A stretch of DNA of 64,000 bases from Mytilus trossulus (Eukaryota). The notes beneath the pieces are model-generated. The model was not told where the DNA came from. It saw only the letters and a program-made list of their open reading frames with translations, and ran no database searches. Position numbers and translations under genes: made by a program. The stretch lies in the NCBI RefSeq assembly GCF_036588685.1, contig NC_086374.1, forward strand, positions 22,320,001 through 22,384,000, read 5' to 3'. Below, piece after piece: positions 63,354 to 64,000 of the stretch; the stretch's first letter is position 1, and the number at the start of each line of letters is the position of its first letter.

Positions 63354-64000
63354 CTGTATATATATGCCAGTGTGATCTTTTCTTTCTGTATACGTTTATA
63401 TATCCGTATATAAATAATCGAACGTCTTTATCAAAGCTGACAAACGAATTTTTCTTTCTTTTGAAATAATAGGATTAAATTGGAGGATCTTAGATAGACA
63501 AAGAAAATACAAGGTATGTATCTATTTCAACATGTGTTGTTTACATCTATTTTGTTTCAGAAAATGCCTGTTCGTATAATCCTATTATGATTTAAAAAGA
63601 TACTGTCAAAACTATTAATCTCTTCTTTAGAATATTGCAGTCTTGTACAAAATAAATACATTTTTCCTTTAAACCAGATGTTAGGTAATATTTCTATCTT
63701 ATTTTAGTTTTTTGAAGTACAATTTGGAGAAGAACAAATGAAACTGTCAGCAGTAAAAGTTCTCACGTAATATGTTTATAGAAATAAATAAGATTTTAGT
63801 TTTCAATACAGAGGTTATGAAACATAAACGTCTTTGAAACAATAATTTGGCATATAACAAGGCTTTTGCATTTCTTCAGTGATATGCAAGAATAGTTTTT
63901 TTGATAAACAGTCTCTTCATTATTTTATTTCTGATTTTTAAATTCAAATTCAGTCAAAACTACAGTTTTCATTATTTGAAAATACAGGTTAAAACATTAT

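Overview
This is AT-rich eukaryotic (animal) genomic DNA. The interspersed repeats resemble those I recall from mytilid bivalve (Mytilus-like) genomes, but the organism is an inference. Almost the whole window is one intron-rich minus-strand gene that is open at both window edges. I traced 68 GT-AG exons with compatible phases (712..63353, 17,877 nt, about 5,959 aa). They encode a giant mucin-like protein: Thr/Ser/Pro-rich (PTS) segments, including a 4,482-bp exon made of a 30-bp repeat and a 1,671-bp exon, alternate with 20 copies of a ~135-aa two-cysteine domain in three subtypes. The domain looks like a degenerate F5/8 type C (discoidin) fold. Every module boundary is a phase-1 intron and every domain is split by a phase-0 intron. 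The 40-54 kb part is a homogenised ~1.67-kb tandem array in which introns are copied along with exons. Introns carry copy-specific mobile elements: a TTAA-TSD MITE, long-palindrome elements, and repeats with minimal type-I hammerhead ribozyme motifs. Most short ORFs in the supplied track are exon fragments, antisense shadows or noise.
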